IMG/VR virus record: IMGVR_UViG_3300021431_000091
Coordinates: 1-64,000 of that record
DNA from: a virus
Lineage: Duplodnaviria; Caudoviricetes
Reading direction: 5' to 3' (one strand)
DNA: 64,000 nt
Translations under genes and position numbers: made by a program
Notes under the pieces: model-generated
Database searches by the model: none
The model's input: only the letters and a program-made list of their open reading frames with translations
Told to the model about the DNA's origin: nothing
Shown here: positions 22,006 to 32,066 of the stretch, one piece after another
Layout of the letters: every line of letters starts with the position of its first letter
Position numbering within the stretch: the stretch's first letter is position 1

Positions 22006-22488
22006 TTACGCACCTGCGTAAAGCTCAGCCGAACGGTCTGTCTGTGCGGAAGCGTCCGTGTAGATACGATACGGATGCAAGTCGTAGGACTTGGTGATAT
22101 TCGTATCGTTCTGGTTAGCCTCCATACCGTCCTCGGAGAAGAAGCAGCCTGCAAGGGTTACGGTCTCCTCTGGGGTGTTCTGCATGATGTCGCTGATCCA
22201 GCTCACAACCAGGTCGAACTCACCCAGGCCCATCAGAGTCTTAGTGGTGTTAGAATCCAGGTTACGGAGCTGTATCATCGTACCAACGTCAAGGGTGATG
22301 GATGCACTGATTTCGTTGTTACCGAAACCGCGAGTGCGGGGCTGGCCACCAAGACCGTAGTTTGTCTCTACGGTGCGGGCTGCGTTCCAGCTGATAGCGG
22401 TACAGTTAACGAAAAGATCCTCTCCCAAAGCGGCAGCCTGGAGCTCAATCATACTCCAGCTGCAAGCAACGTGATTAATCTGTGGCAT
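22006..22488 (-). CDS. Tail tube protein
   Basis: 160 aa right after sheath; NYGLGGQPRTRGFGN...ASITL motif. Confidence 0.75.
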   Translation of the reverse strand: MPQINHVACSWSMIELQAAALGEDLFVNCTAISWNAARTVETNYGLGGQPRTRGFGNNEISASITLDVGTMIQLRNLDSNTTKTLMGLGEFDLVVSWISDIMQNTPEETVTLAGCFFSEDGMEANQNDTNITKSYDLHPYRIYTDASAQTDRSAELYAGA

Positions 22489-22511
22489 ATTCTTTCAGTT
22501 TTTTAGGGTTA

Positions 22512-23876
22512 TTACCTTGTGCTGAGCGTGAAGTGACCAGTAACCTTGATCATGCGTGCCTCAGCAACGGGAACGATTCCGTAGTCGATCAGCAGCTCAT
22601 GGGTCTTGATCACATTCTGGTTAGCATCAATGTCAACTGTACGTCCGCTGATCTGAGCGTTGGTAGTGCCAGGATCAACCATGCCCTCGTCAATCGCGCC
22701 TACAACATCGTTCTTGATGGTGGTCAGCGTGTTTGCACTCAGGAGGCCGGTAGTGGCATTTGCCTTCAGAGGAGCGTTAGTGTACTTCAGCAGAGCCATA
22801 CGAATCAGACGGCGTGTCTTGGACATCGTGCGGCAACGAGAGATAGACTCATAATCACCAGTGGTCAGAGTCGAATCGCTTGAGAAGAAGGTGCCATTCT
22901 CAAAACCGTCGTAGTTAGTGAGGATGTTGTAACCCTTCTCAACCAGCTGTGTGCTGCGCTTGGTGTAGCTGAGCGTATCGATGTTGGTGAACGATGCGTT
23001 GGCTGCCCATGCGGGAGTAGCACCAGAGGTAACAGCGAGGTTTCCGAAACCAAGCTCAACGGCCTGGCAGAAGTTGTACAGGTTGAAGTTCTGAACCCAG
23101 CCCATAGAGCACTCAACGGGAGCAACAGCGAGGACACCCATAGCCAGACCGATGTTACCAACGGGACACTGGTGTGTGTTAAGCAGCTGCATAGCGTGGA
23201 TTGCATCTGAGCTCTCCTGACCCAGCATCAGAGATACGTAAGGCATCTCAGCGATTGCGTTGGGGAGAGTAGCCAGGTTGATCTCTACAACGGGAGTCTC
23301 ACCACTGATGTAGCCAGGGTTAGCGTTGATGAGGATGGAAGCCTGGGCATTACCATCATAGTTGATGTAGTTGCTGCCCTTCTTGACGATGCGTCCACCA
23401 AGCTTCTCAGCTACGGTCTGGACGTTAGCTACCCAGTCATTGATTGCCAATGAATCATTGACCTTCTTGAACAGTTCCCGCTCAGTCCAAAGACCGATCT
23501 GGAAGCAGAGGCCCTTTGCAGCTACCTGGAGATCTTCGATTGCGTCGAAGTTAGAGGTACAGTCAGCGAACATAATGAACAGACGCTGGCCTTCACCTGC
23601 AACGGCAAAGAATTTTGCGATATGGTAGTAAGGTACACCGTTCATGAAGGCTTCAACACCTTCCTCGATTCCCAGTTCTGCCAGGTCATCAACTGAGTTG
23701 ACCTCAACAACCTGACGGTTGCCAAGCTTTGCCTGGGCAGTAGTGAATCCAGTGAACGGATTAGTACGACCACCAATATCGAACACAAGACCACCGATAT
23801 TCTCAGCGGGGACGGTGTTGCTGGAAACGAACCCATCAATAAGCGTAGTGAAAACGCCACCATGTTTTTGTGCCAT
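22512..23876 (-). CDS. Tail sheath protein (DUF2586-like)
   Basis: 454 aa upstream of tube; C-terminal IDANQNVIKTHELLIDYGIVPV..AR.IKV sheath-like. Confidence 0.75.
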   Translation of the reverse strand: MAQKHGGVFTTLIDGFVSSNTVPAENIGGLVFDIGGRTNPFTGFTTAQAKLGNRQVVEVNSVDDLAELGIEEGVEAFMNGVPYYHIAKFFAVAGEGQRLFIMFADCTSNFDAIEDLQVAAKGLCFQIGLWTERELFKKVNDSLAINDWVANVQTVAEKLGGRIVKKGSNYINYDGNAQASILINANPGYISGETPVVEINLATLPNAIAEMPYVSLMLGQESSDAIHAMQLLNTHQCPVGNIGLAMGVLAVAPVECSMGWVQNFNLYNFCQAVELGFGNLAVTSGATPAWAANASFTNIDTLSYTKRSTQLVEKGYNILTNYDGFENGTFFSSDSTLTTGDYESISRCRTMSKTRRLIRMALLKYTNAPLKANATTGLLSANTLTTIKNDVVGAIDEGMVDPGTTNAQISGRTVDIDANQNVIKTHELLIDYGIVPVAEARMIKVTGHFTLSTR

Positions 23877-23891
23877 ATTGTTCCTTTTTAA

Positions 23892-24257
23892 TTATTTGTG
23901 ATACTTGTTCTTGTAAAGCTTAGCCTTACCTCTCACAGTGTCTGGGGTGTTGACTGTGTAAACGCCTCCCTTTGAATCGATGTAAAGCTCAGCGTACTGG
24001 GGATACATCTTAAGGATCTTGTCTACACGGGCCTCTTCCTCTGCGTCGGGCTTGGCCTTCTCTTCTTTCTTGGAAGCCGGAGCAGAACCCTTCTTCTCAG
24101 CCTCTGGTGTCTCAGGAGCTTTGGCCTCCTCTTCATCTTTTGGAGCCTCTTCCTGGGTGTTCTCTACTTCAGGAGCATTGTCCTTCGGAGTTTCAACCTC
24201 TGGGGTCTCAGGAGCTTTGGCCTCCTGCTCGATTTCCTTGTTTGATTTACGTGCCAT
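23892..24257 (-). CDS. Low-complexity Glu/Lys/Pro-rich virion-associated protein
   Basis: Internal repeat EAKAPETPE x2; between capsid and sheath genes. Confidence 0.6.
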   Translation of the reverse strand: MARKSNKEIEQEAKAPETPEVETPKDNAPEVENTQEEAPKDEEEAKAPETPEAEKKGSAPASKKEEKAKPDAEEEARVDKILKMYPQYAELYIDSKGGVYTVNTPDTVRGKAKLYKNKYHK

Positions 24258-24286
24258 ACTCTTAAATTGGTTTGGTTTTTAATAAG

Positions 24287-24318
24287 AAAGCGGAGGAGAG
24301 CGTTTCCCCTCCGCTTTT
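24287..24318 (-). terminator. Terminator after major capsid gene
   Basis: AAAGCGGAGG/CCTCCGCTTT inverted repeat. Confidence 0.65.
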
Positions 24319-24339
24319 ACTAATTGGATTCAACTCCGC

Positions 24340-25575
24340 TTAGGAGACTACCTTGACGTAGTAGGTCTTACCAGCGGCAGGAGTTGTGTCGGTTGTCAGA
24401 GTGTAGACGTATGAGCCCTCAGAACCGCTGCGCTCGTACCAGCCTTCCTCCTTAGGATTCTTGCCAGTAGTGCTTGAAACGGCACTGTAGCTTACGGTTG
24501 CGCTGGAAACGTAAGGAGTCCAGATAACGATCTCACCAGGACGAACGATGTTAACGTCAACCTTGAGCAGCATCTTGAAGAAGTACAGCTCAGAGTTAGC
24601 CTGGAGCTTCTCGATCTGGAGCACGTTCTCGTCAGAAGCGTAGTCAACGGCCATCCAGAGGTTAGAATCCATACCGTTTGTGAACACACCACCAACGATG
24701 GTGTCCTTAGGCAGAGCGTTCAGGGTGATGATGCGCTTGCCCTTGAAGCGGTACTGGTTCATCTCAGTGTTGTCCGTGTACTTCACGGTCTTGTCGGTCA
24801 GGTACTGGTCGTACAGATCCCAGCTGTTCTGGTCCATAACGAACACGAACGAAGCCTTCTTGCGGATCTTGGTAGGAGTCTTGCGCCACATAGCACGGAG
24901 AGCAGCCTCAACGTCCTGACCAGTGGTGAATGCGGTAGTACCAGCGATAATGACCTTCTTGGGATCCTTGTCACCGTCCAGGCCGATGTTGTTGTCCAAC
25001 ATGCGCTTGATAGCACCGTCGAAGTACTTCATAGGACCAGCCTCTACGTCGCCACCTACGTCCTCGTAGTCGTCGCCAGTAGGAGTCGTGATCTTAGAAG
25101 CGGAAGCGCCACCCTTGGCAGACATCCAGATGCTGTAGTCGATGTACTCGTTCTTGTTCTCCATGAGCAGACGAACCATCGTAGCCTGGATCTTCGGATC
25201 CAACTCGCGGAACACCAGGTTGCCTGTGGGCTGGAACCACTTGTAGTACTTCTCGAAGTCACGGGGGTTGAACTCGAAGTACACCATGAAGTCCTGAGGC
25301 TCCAGGTAACGCTCCGTGAACTTGTACTTACCAGTGTCGTTGCCGCTCTGGTCAGCATTGGGGGTTGCAACATGGTCCTGGATGATCTTGCCCAGCTGTA
25401 CGAGGGGCAGAGTGTACTTCATCTGGACACCGGTCTTAATGTGAATCAGGCCCTCTTTGTAGGTCTCATTCTCGGATGCAGTGTAAACAAGCAGGTCCTG
25501 AAGGAACTCACCAGTGTACTGGTTGTCCTTGAACTGGAATGCACTTGCATTTACCTCAATTCCATTCTTTGTCAT
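24340..25575 (-). CDS. Major capsid protein
   Basis: 411 aa directly after protease/scaffold, strongly biased codons, followed by terminator. Confidence 0.78.
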   Translation of the reverse strand: MTKNGIEVNASAFQFKDNQYTGEFLQDLLVYTASENETYKEGLIHIKTGVQMKYTLPLVQLGKIIQDHVATPNADQSGNDTGKYKFTERYLEPQDFMVYFEFNPRDFEKYYKWFQPTGNLVFRELDPKIQATMVRLLMENKNEYIDYSIWMSAKGGASASKITTPTGDDYEDVGGDVEAGPMKYFDGAIKRMLDNNIGLDGDKDPKKVIIAGTTAFTTGQDVEAALRAMWRKTPTKIRKKASFVFVMDQNSWDLYDQYLTDKTVKYTDNTEMNQYRFKGKRIITLNALPKDTIVGGVFTNGMDSNLWMAVDYASDENVLQIEKLQANSELYFFKMLLKVDVNIVRPGEIVIWTPYVSSATVSYSAVSSTTGKNPKEEGWYERSGSEGSYVYTLTTDTTPAAGKTYYVKVVS

Positions 25576-25610
25576 AGTTATATTTCTTATTAAGTTACTG
25601 TTTCAGTTGA

Positions 25611-26894
25611 TTAGCCCAGGTCCTCGATGGTCTTGAACTTGAAGTCAGGCACCAGCTCGTCCACCTTAGCCTTGATCTTCTCCTCCTCGGTCAGCTGACC
25701 TTCCTTAGCCTCCTTCTTGTTTGCAGGATCCTCAGCAATCTTAGCAGAGATAGGAGCAACGGCCTTGATACCGTCCAGAGATGCCTTAACCATGTCAAAG
25801 TTCTGCTCAGCCATTGTGACCCAGCTGTCCTTTGCCTCGGCAGAGATCTTACCCTCAGCGATAGCACCGTCAACCAAAGCGTTGATAGCGTTCTTCTTCT
25901 CCTCAGCCTCCTTGTCCTTGTAGACCTTCAGCTCGGCGTTGAGAGTGTCAATAGACTTCTGAAGGTTAGCACTGTTGGTCTTTTCGGCCTCATGCTGAAT
26001 CTTCAGGTTGTTCAGTTCATTCTTAACTGTCTCCAGTTCCTCGTTTGACTTCTGATGCTTCGCCTCAAGCTCCTTGAGCTGGATGATAGCAGCAGTAACC
26101 TTGTCAAGCGAAACCTCGCCCTGGATACCCAGCTGCGAAGCGACTACTTTCAGTTCTTCCATGTTCTTTTTTATTTGTGAGTTAATAATGTCCTTACCTT
26201 TCGGCTCTTTATCTGAAATAGCCGATTTAGGCTCAGGTTGGTAATTTTCCTGGTTTGCGAGGCTCATAATGGCCTGGATAGCCATCTTGTCCGTAAGTCC
26301 CTTGATGGATGCTGCAATCCTGTTCTTCACGGTCTGAGGTGTCTCGATAACGTGGTCTGCGGGAATGAATCCCTGCTCAACTGCCATCTCAGCAGACAGC
26401 CATGTTCCGTCACAACCTTCCTTGCCGTCCATAATCTCCTTAACCTTGTCCTCAGAGAATCCAAAACGCTTACAGTAGACAGTAATGAGCTGCTTCTTGA
26501 AGGCCTCGATAATCTGCTGGTTGTTGGGATCATCCATGTCGGCTCCCATCCAGGGGTTGTGGATCATTACGATTGAGTAGTCGGCCATGTAGAGCTTCTG
26601 ACCTGCTGCCCAGATAATTGAACCCATTGAAGCTGCGATACCTGCTACCTGGGTGATAGTTGGAATCTTGCAGTCGAGAACCTTTGCGAACACCTTCATG
26701 CCCTCAACGACATTGCCACCAACGGAATTGATGAGAATTCGGATTTCAGAAGGCTGGACATAGTTCTCGATGTACTCCAGCTCCTCAACGAAGCGGTCAC
26801 AGCTCCACCATTCAACGTCATCAAAGAACGTCATAGTGGCAGGTTTACCCTTCTCAAGGGCACCTTTTACAAGCTTTAAATCCTTAATGTCCAT
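25611..26894 (-). CDS. ClpP-like prohead protease fused to coiled-coil scaffold
   Basis: INSVGGNVVEG, GIAASMGS, MIHNPW ClpP motifs; C-terminal coiled coil. Confidence 0.88.
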   Translation of the reverse strand: MDIKDLKLVKGALEKGKPATMTFFDDVEWWSCDRFVEELEYIENYVQPSEIRILINSVGGNVVEGMKVFAKVLDCKIPTITQVAGIAASMGSIIWAAGQKLYMADYSIVMIHNPWMGADMDDPNNQQIIEAFKKQLITVYCKRFGFSEDKVKEIMDGKEGCDGTWLSAEMAVEQGFIPADHVIETPQTVKNRIAASIKGLTDKMAIQAIMSLANQENYQPEPKSAISDKEPKGKDIINSQIKKNMEELKVVASQLGIQGEVSLDKVTAAIIQLKELEAKHQKSNEELETVKNELNNLKIQHEAEKTNSANLQKSIDTLNAELKVYKDKEAEEKKNAINALVDGAIAEGKISAEAKDSWVTMAEQNFDMVKASLDGIKAVAPISAKIAEDPANKKEAKEGQLTEEEKIKAKVDELVPDFKFKTIEDLG

Positions 26895-26973
26895 ATCTTG
26901 CTGTTTTTCTTAGAAATAGCGGATGTCATAAATTTTGCGTTGATTTCTTGCGAATATTCGGTGTTTTAGGCAC

Positions 26974-27843
26974 TTATTCGCCATCATCAACCGGTAAATT
27001 CTCGGTGTCGCTGGTATCTGATTCGTTCACAAGCTCCTCTTCTCCACCAATAGGCATCTCCCAGTCCTCAATAGTAGGCTCTGTTGGTTCTGGAATCGGT
27101 TTGCCGTCTGACATGATGAACTTAGAGTGGTCCTTGTGAAGCTCAGGATGGTCAAAATTGGTATGCCCAGTATTGCCATAGTCCTCCTTCCAGTCTGAGT
27201 GGTTGGTGTATGGCGGGAACACAAGGTGAACCTCCTTCATCATCCTGGTGGCGTTGATTGTCTCTTCCCTGAACCAGACCTCATAGGTAATCCAACATGG
27301 CTGCAAGGAATCATCAAAACTCTCCAGCGGGTCTATATATTTAAGGTTCACGCGCTCATTAAGGGCTGGGTAGTTGACCTTAAGCTCCTGAATGTACTGG
27401 TTGATAAGCTGAGCAACAAACTCAACCTCAGACTCTCTGTACTCCTTGACATTTCCTTCCTCGTCAAAGGTATCCGAATCCTGGTTGTTAAGCCTGTTCA
27501 TCACAAACTTAATCTGCATATCAGCACGGCCTTCATTGATACGCTGCTGCTGGACAAGGTATCTCCAGTTTGTGAATTCAACAAAAGCAGCTGGGAAGGC
27601 AAGCTCATATTCGGTATTGCCGCCCTTCCTCACGATACGCTCAAACTGACCGCGATTCCTCATGACGGTCTTGAATATCTTCTCACTGTTAGGATCATAG
27701 TAATCCCAGCGTACCTGCTCAAGAATCTCCTTGATGGCATGATACACGGCAATCTGACCGTTCTTCGGTATCTGAATCTGCTCAGGAACAAGCGGCTCCT
27801 GGTGCTGATCCTGGTTCTGGTTTTTATTTTTACTTACTATCAT
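26974..27843 (-). CDS. Head-tail completion/neck protein (putative)
   Basis: FPAAFVEF motif and position in head-tail region. Confidence 0.5.
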   Translation of the reverse strand: MIVSKNKNQNQDQHQEPLVPEQIQIPKNGQIAVYHAIKEILEQVRWDYYDPNSEKIFKTVMRNRGQFERIVRKGGNTEYELAFPAAFVEFTNWRYLVQQQRINEGRADMQIKFVMNRLNNQDSDTFDEEGNVKEYRESEVEFVAQLINQYIQELKVNYPALNERVNLKYIDPLESFDDSLQPCWITYEVWFREETINATRMMKEVHLVFPPYTNHSDWKEDYGNTGHTNFDHPELHKDHSKFIMSDGKPIPEPTEPTIEDWEMPIGGEEELVNESDTSDTENLPVDDGE

Positions 27844-28631
27844 ACTATTGGTGTGAATAAAAGTCCAAACATATCTATTTCAAATGCCAGCCACGCATAT
27901 TCCCTAACAACAGAAGAGTGACCCATAAACTGTCTTTGCGGAACCTCATGATTCCTTGCCATCACATTCCTGGCACCGAAGTATTTTGGGTCATTATGGA
28001 TTCCGGCATATACAAAGCCCTTATGCCTTCTTGAACCAACATAAACGGTGGGGTCAATAACTACCTTACCTTCATTTGGGACAGCCTTGATTGACTTTCT
28101 GAGCGTCCCAGTGTCAACAAGTATATTGCTGGGGTTTGTGCCGTGTTTTGCCCTTTGTCTTACCGTATATGGAGCAAGCGGTTTCCAATGTTCGGAGCCT
28201 CTTGTATTGAACCTTTTCTTTTTGAATGAATCCCTGAACACCTCAGCGGCCACCTTTGCGACATCAACCTCAAACTTAAGCTTCTGAACCTTGATTTTCC
28301 TGAAGGTTATGTCCCTTAAATGCCAAACAGCAGCATTAAGCGGGACAAACATATTGTTGGTTCCGGCACGCTCTGGGAACTGGTTTACCCTACCTCTTAG
28401 CTGAGCCCTCCTCAATTGTTCAATATCCAGGACAGCACGACCATTTTCATTTCTTGCATAACGAGACCACTTACCGGATTGCTCATATTTGCTAAATATC
28501 GTACCTTTTGGAATCTCAATACGCTGTCCCGTCTGGACATCCTGCCAGAAGGAGGGGCCGCTGAAATACTGCCTGGCCCTACCTCTTCCATTTCTGGACA
28601 TATTGCTGAGAAAGGTGAACTTACGAGGCAT
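27840..28631 (-). CDS. Virion morphogenesis protein (Mu gpG/tail completion S-like)
   Basis: WKPLAPYT, ILVDTGTLRKSI, YAGIHN, PQRQFMG motifs. Confidence 0.75.
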   Translation of the reverse strand: MPRKFTFLSNMSRNGRGRARQYFSGPSFWQDVQTGQRIEIPKGTIFSKYEQSGKWSRYARNENGRAVLDIEQLRRAQLRGRVNQFPERAGTNNMFVPLNAAVWHLRDITFRKIKVQKLKFEVDVAKVAAEVFRDSFKKKRFNTRGSEHWKPLAPYTVRQRAKHGTNPSNILVDTGTLRKSIKAVPNEGKVVIDPTVYVGSRRHKGFVYAGIHNDPKYFGARNVMARNHEVPQRQFMGHSSVVREYAWLAFEIDMFGLLFTPIV

Positions 28632-29412
28632 GGTAGTACTGTTTTAAGCGTTCAACATACCCAGCAAGCTTTTCCTTATGCTCAGGCTTAACCTTGAAGT
28701 AAGGATGCGACTTACTGAAAATCCTACCACACTTAGCAAGGCTCTCAGAGAATACACCGTCAATCTGCTTTGGTTTCTCAGGTGCCTTTGCAAGCACATC
28801 TGGGATTGCCTTGTTCTGAACTGAGTTTCCAGCCTGATCCTCCAGGTAGCAACGGCAGCCCCACTCAATCGGCGGTATCATCCATTCTGGGAACATATCC
28901 CTGGGTGCCGAATAGCCTTCCAGCTGTCTGTGCCAGGGCCTAACCCTGTCATCATTCATTGTCATATAGGTTACCCAGGTGGCGGCAGACCAGAGAACAG
29001 CCCACTTGTACGCTATCTCGGCAGCATACTGGATGTCTGCGTTCTCAACAGCGGCATACCTCAGGTGGTAAGTGTCGCTTATCTCTTCCAGCCTCTCCAT
29101 ATCCTCTGGGTCATCCATATCGAAATCCTCAGGAATGTCGTTTATAGCCTGGTACTCCTCACAGACTGAGAACTCAACAATATTGTCAATACCGGCTATA
29201 AGCCTGTCCCTAATATCGCGGTCCTGCTGGGTAAGGTTGTTATCATCCTCAGCAGAAAGAAGCTCGGTTGCTCTTTCCTCATCCAGGTTCAGGCCCTTAA
29301 GGAGATACTGGATGCCAATTTCAGCACGAAGGCTTACCAGTTCATAGAAAGCCTCGTCCTCATCAGCACTCAGGTCAACAGCCTTCACGAAAGCCATGAA
29401 CAAGGCCTTCAA
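28621..29412 (-). CDS. Mu gpF-like minor head protein (possibly translated as a portal fusion)
   Basis: TMNDDRVRPWH..LEG...PPIEWGCRC Phage_Mu_F signature; frame is open upstream to the portal slippery site. Confidence 0.85.
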   Translation of the reverse strand: MKALFMAFVKAVDLSADEDEAFYELVSLRAEIGIQYLLKGLNLDEERATELLSAEDDNNLTQQDRDIRDRLIAGIDNIVEFSVCEEYQAINDIPEDFDMDDPEDMERLEEISDTYHLRYAAVENADIQYAAEIAYKWAVLWSAATWVTYMTMNDDRVRPWHRQLEGYSAPRDMFPEWMIPPIEWGCRCYLEDQAGNSVQNKAIPDVLAKAPEKPKQIDGVFSESLAKCGRIFSKSHPYFKVKPEHKEKLAGYVERLKQYYHAS

Positions 29413-29492
29413 CCTGTTGGCATTGGCCTCATTGTCAGCTTTCTCATCGTCTGTCAGGGCATTGTATATATTGGAGAAGTAGCCCCTGCCTT

Positions 29493-30830
29493 TTACTTCC
29501 CCTCCAGAAAATTTACTTTTGCGTTGGCTCCCCTGGGGTGTCCGTATCTGCGCTGGTATTCCTCATCAGACATAATGCCACGGTCATTGTCTCCCCATTC
29601 ACCGTCACCATTCACGCCACCGACGCTGGTGATATTGAACTGTTTTCCGACATGAACACCAAACTCCTTGTCGATTGTCTCAGGCTCAACCTCGTACTTG
29701 TTGGTAAGCATGTCAAACAGCTTAACCTTGTTCTCAGTTGAGATTTCAATCTGGTTGGAATAGCGGAAATACACACCAGGCTTCAGGAACCCGATACGCT
29801 GGAGTGCCGGAATGATCTGCTCATTCATGACATTCTCAACATACTTACGGTTCTTCTTGATACGGGCGCGGTAAATATCCTCATGGGTCTTGGCACTTCC
29901 AGCGTATGCCTGGGTCTCACCAGCCATAGACTCGGAACCAAGAACAACGTTTGAGACTTCCTGGTTGGTCAGGTTGATAAGTCCGGTAAACACCCTTTCC
30001 GAATTGGAAACGGTGAAGGTCTTTACATCAATGGAATCATCCTGTCCGGTAACAATGATTCGCTTCTCAGTGCTCTTTGCTATGTCAGATGCCAGTTTCC
30101 TCTTGTCCTGGTCCTGCTCAGCTGGGGTCTTTGCATGGATGATGGGCTGACCATACGTGTGCGCGAATCCTATATAATTACTGAGAGTGAACTTCTTTGC
30201 AAGAACAATTGGTACGAGGTTGGCAAAATAACCAAGGCCACCAGTATTCACAAGAATATAGTTGTTCCTGTACCTGACATCCTCCAGGTCCCAGCCTGGA
30301 TCCCATTCACCTTGACGCTGGACGATACGGTTCTGATTGGGGAGGATGTTCCTGCGCTCAATGATGTTCACCTCACCAAGACGCTTGACACCGTTCACCT
30401 CAATGAACTTGTCCATAATCTCGAAACAAGTGTAACCGTAAGCCCTGGAATCCACAATACCACGAATGATCTTCTCAAACTGCGTACCCTGGATCTTCAA
30501 CGACTCCTCATCATCACGTTCCCAGCCACCCTTACCGTCAGGAGTTGCCAGCATGTACCTCTCATCGGTAAGCTGGGAATCCAGTGTCTCCCTTACTGCT
30601 GCAAGGTGGGCATCCTGGGTTGCTATGCTGTCATAAAGGTCAATGAGACCACCACGATCATCCAGTATGGTCCCATCATTCGTATAATTGACCGTTGACT
30701 GGTAACGGTTGTGCCTCATTACCTCAAGTACATACTCCTGAATGGTCCTTTTGTATGTCCTGTACACCGAAATCAGTGCATCGTCTCCGAAGAATGTTCC
30801 GTGCGAATTGTTCTCAGTTCTTTTTCTCAT
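29493..30830 (-). CDS. Portal protein (DUF935/Mu gp29-like)
   Basis: DAHLAAV, FAHTYGQPIIHAK, EVSNVVLG, VMNEQIIPAL; upstream of Mu-F; start set to MRKRT. Confidence 0.78.
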   Translation of the reverse strand: MRKRTENNSHGTFFGDDALISVYRTYKRTIQEYVLEVMRHNRYQSTVNYTNDGTILDDRGGLIDLYDSIATQDAHLAAVRETLDSQLTDERYMLATPDGKGGWERDDEESLKIQGTQFEKIIRGIVDSRAYGYTCFEIMDKFIEVNGVKRLGEVNIIERRNILPNQNRIVQRQGEWDPGWDLEDVRYRNNYILVNTGGLGYFANLVPIVLAKKFTLSNYIGFAHTYGQPIIHAKTPAEQDQDKRKLASDIAKSTEKRIIVTGQDDSIDVKTFTVSNSERVFTGLINLTNQEVSNVVLGSESMAGETQAYAGSAKTHEDIYRARIKKNRKYVENVMNEQIIPALQRIGFLKPGVYFRYSNQIEISTENKVKLFDMLTNKYEVEPETIDKEFGVHVGKQFNITSVGGVNGDGEWGDNDRGIMSDEEYQRRYGHPRGANAKVNFLEGK

Positions 30831-31078
30831 AAAACTACTTCCGTTTTCTCTTAAATAGAGGCTGAAAACCAAGTGTGTTGCCGAAAAGCGGGCCATTTTG
30901 AGAAAAACCAGTTGTCGCGTGTGCGTACATTCTTTATTATTACGCATAGGGATTTTACCACACTCAAATCCTCCAGACTCCTTATTTTTACTAAACAAAA
31001 GTTAAATAATTAACCTGTGCTGTGCATCTGTTTCTATTTCAAAACAAAATACATTACCAAACATTTATCAAATTAATT

Positions 31079-31600
31079 ATGGAAACAACTGATTTTTATG
31101 TACTGAAACTCCAGTTCAAGGCTGAAGATGTCGAGACTGGTGAAATGAAGAAGCAGAAGCGCGAGTTTCTTGCTGAGTGTGTGAATTATGCTGAAGCTGA
31201 GAAGCTGGCCTACGACATCATGGAGGACCAGGGCTGGATGAAGCACGAATTCAGCAAGCCTGAGGTCGTCCGCATTACCGTGAAGGATCTCCGTACCAAT
31301 TCCTGCATCACTGTTGAGAAGGAGTCAATCGGCGATTTCTCTGAGATGTACCTGGAAGAGGAAGATGACCACTTCTACAAGGTTGACATGAGCGACCCCG
31401 TTGAGGATGAGAACGGCAAGATCAAGTATGTCAAGATCTCACTGTTCATCCCAGCTTCCACAACTGGAGAGGCAGAGACCTATGCACGCAAGCTGTTCAC
31501 AACGGCATTCGTAAACTCCACCAAGATCATGAACTTCAAGTCTGCATTCGTAACTGAGAGCAGTCTGGAGAGCATTGAGCGTAACTGGCAGAACATGTAA
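31079..31600 (+). CDS. DUF4494-like protein
   Basis: ETGEMKKQKREFLAECVNYAEAE...FYKV pattern typical of Bacteroidota DUF4494. Confidence 0.55.
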   Translation: METTDFYVLKLQFKAEDVETGEMKKQKREFLAECVNYAEAEKLAYDIMEDQGWMKHEFSKPEVVRITVKDLRTNSCITVEKESIGDFSEMYLEEEDDHFYKVDMSDPVEDENGKIKYVKISLFIPASTTGEAETYARKLFTTAFVNSTKIMNFKSAFVTESSLESIERNWQNM

Positions 31601-31601
31601 T

Positions 31602-32066
31602 ATGGACTACAAGTTGAACATACTTGCAAGAGAGCTTAAGTGCGAGGAGGTTGGGTTGCCAGACTTCCCCGCGCTGCTCTTCGGCAAGCTTGATGAACAG
31701 ACGCTTGTGTTCAATGCCACCCAGTATCTCAAAAGCATAGAAAGGGAATGCGACTATAAGGATTTCTCACGCGCAATGAGGTTCTGGATAGACAGGATGG
31801 CTGAAGGCTATGGTGCCGATGTAGCCAAGCTTTTCTATCAGAATCCGAATGGCGACCAATTGTACAGTGAAATCCTCACGCACCTTTTCCTGGTATATCT
31901 CGATCCGGCCATACTGGTCTACTACAACGACCTGGTGGACGATGCTATGACAAACGGTATAGCCTTCAGTGACAGCTTCATCACTGAGCTTGCACAGACA
32001 AGGCTTACCCCAGACATCATCAAAACCCTGAACAATGGAAACAGCAAGAAGAATAGCGGTATTTAG
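31602..32066 (+). CDS. Hypothetical protein
   Basis: ORF with phage-like codon usage, start MDYKL. Confidence 0.6.
   Translation: MDYKLNILARELKCEEVGLPDFPALLFGKLDEQTLVFNATQYLKSIERECDYKDFSRAMRFWIDRMAEGYGADVAKLFYQNPNGDQLYSEILTHLFLVYLDPAILVYYNDLVDDAMTNGIAFSDSFITELAQTRLTPDIIKTLNNGNSKKNSGI

Noticed and set aside
30831-30998. N-terminal extension of portal ORF
   Set aside because: The CTATTT promoter motif at 30853 lies inside it; ATG 30830 is the more plausible start.
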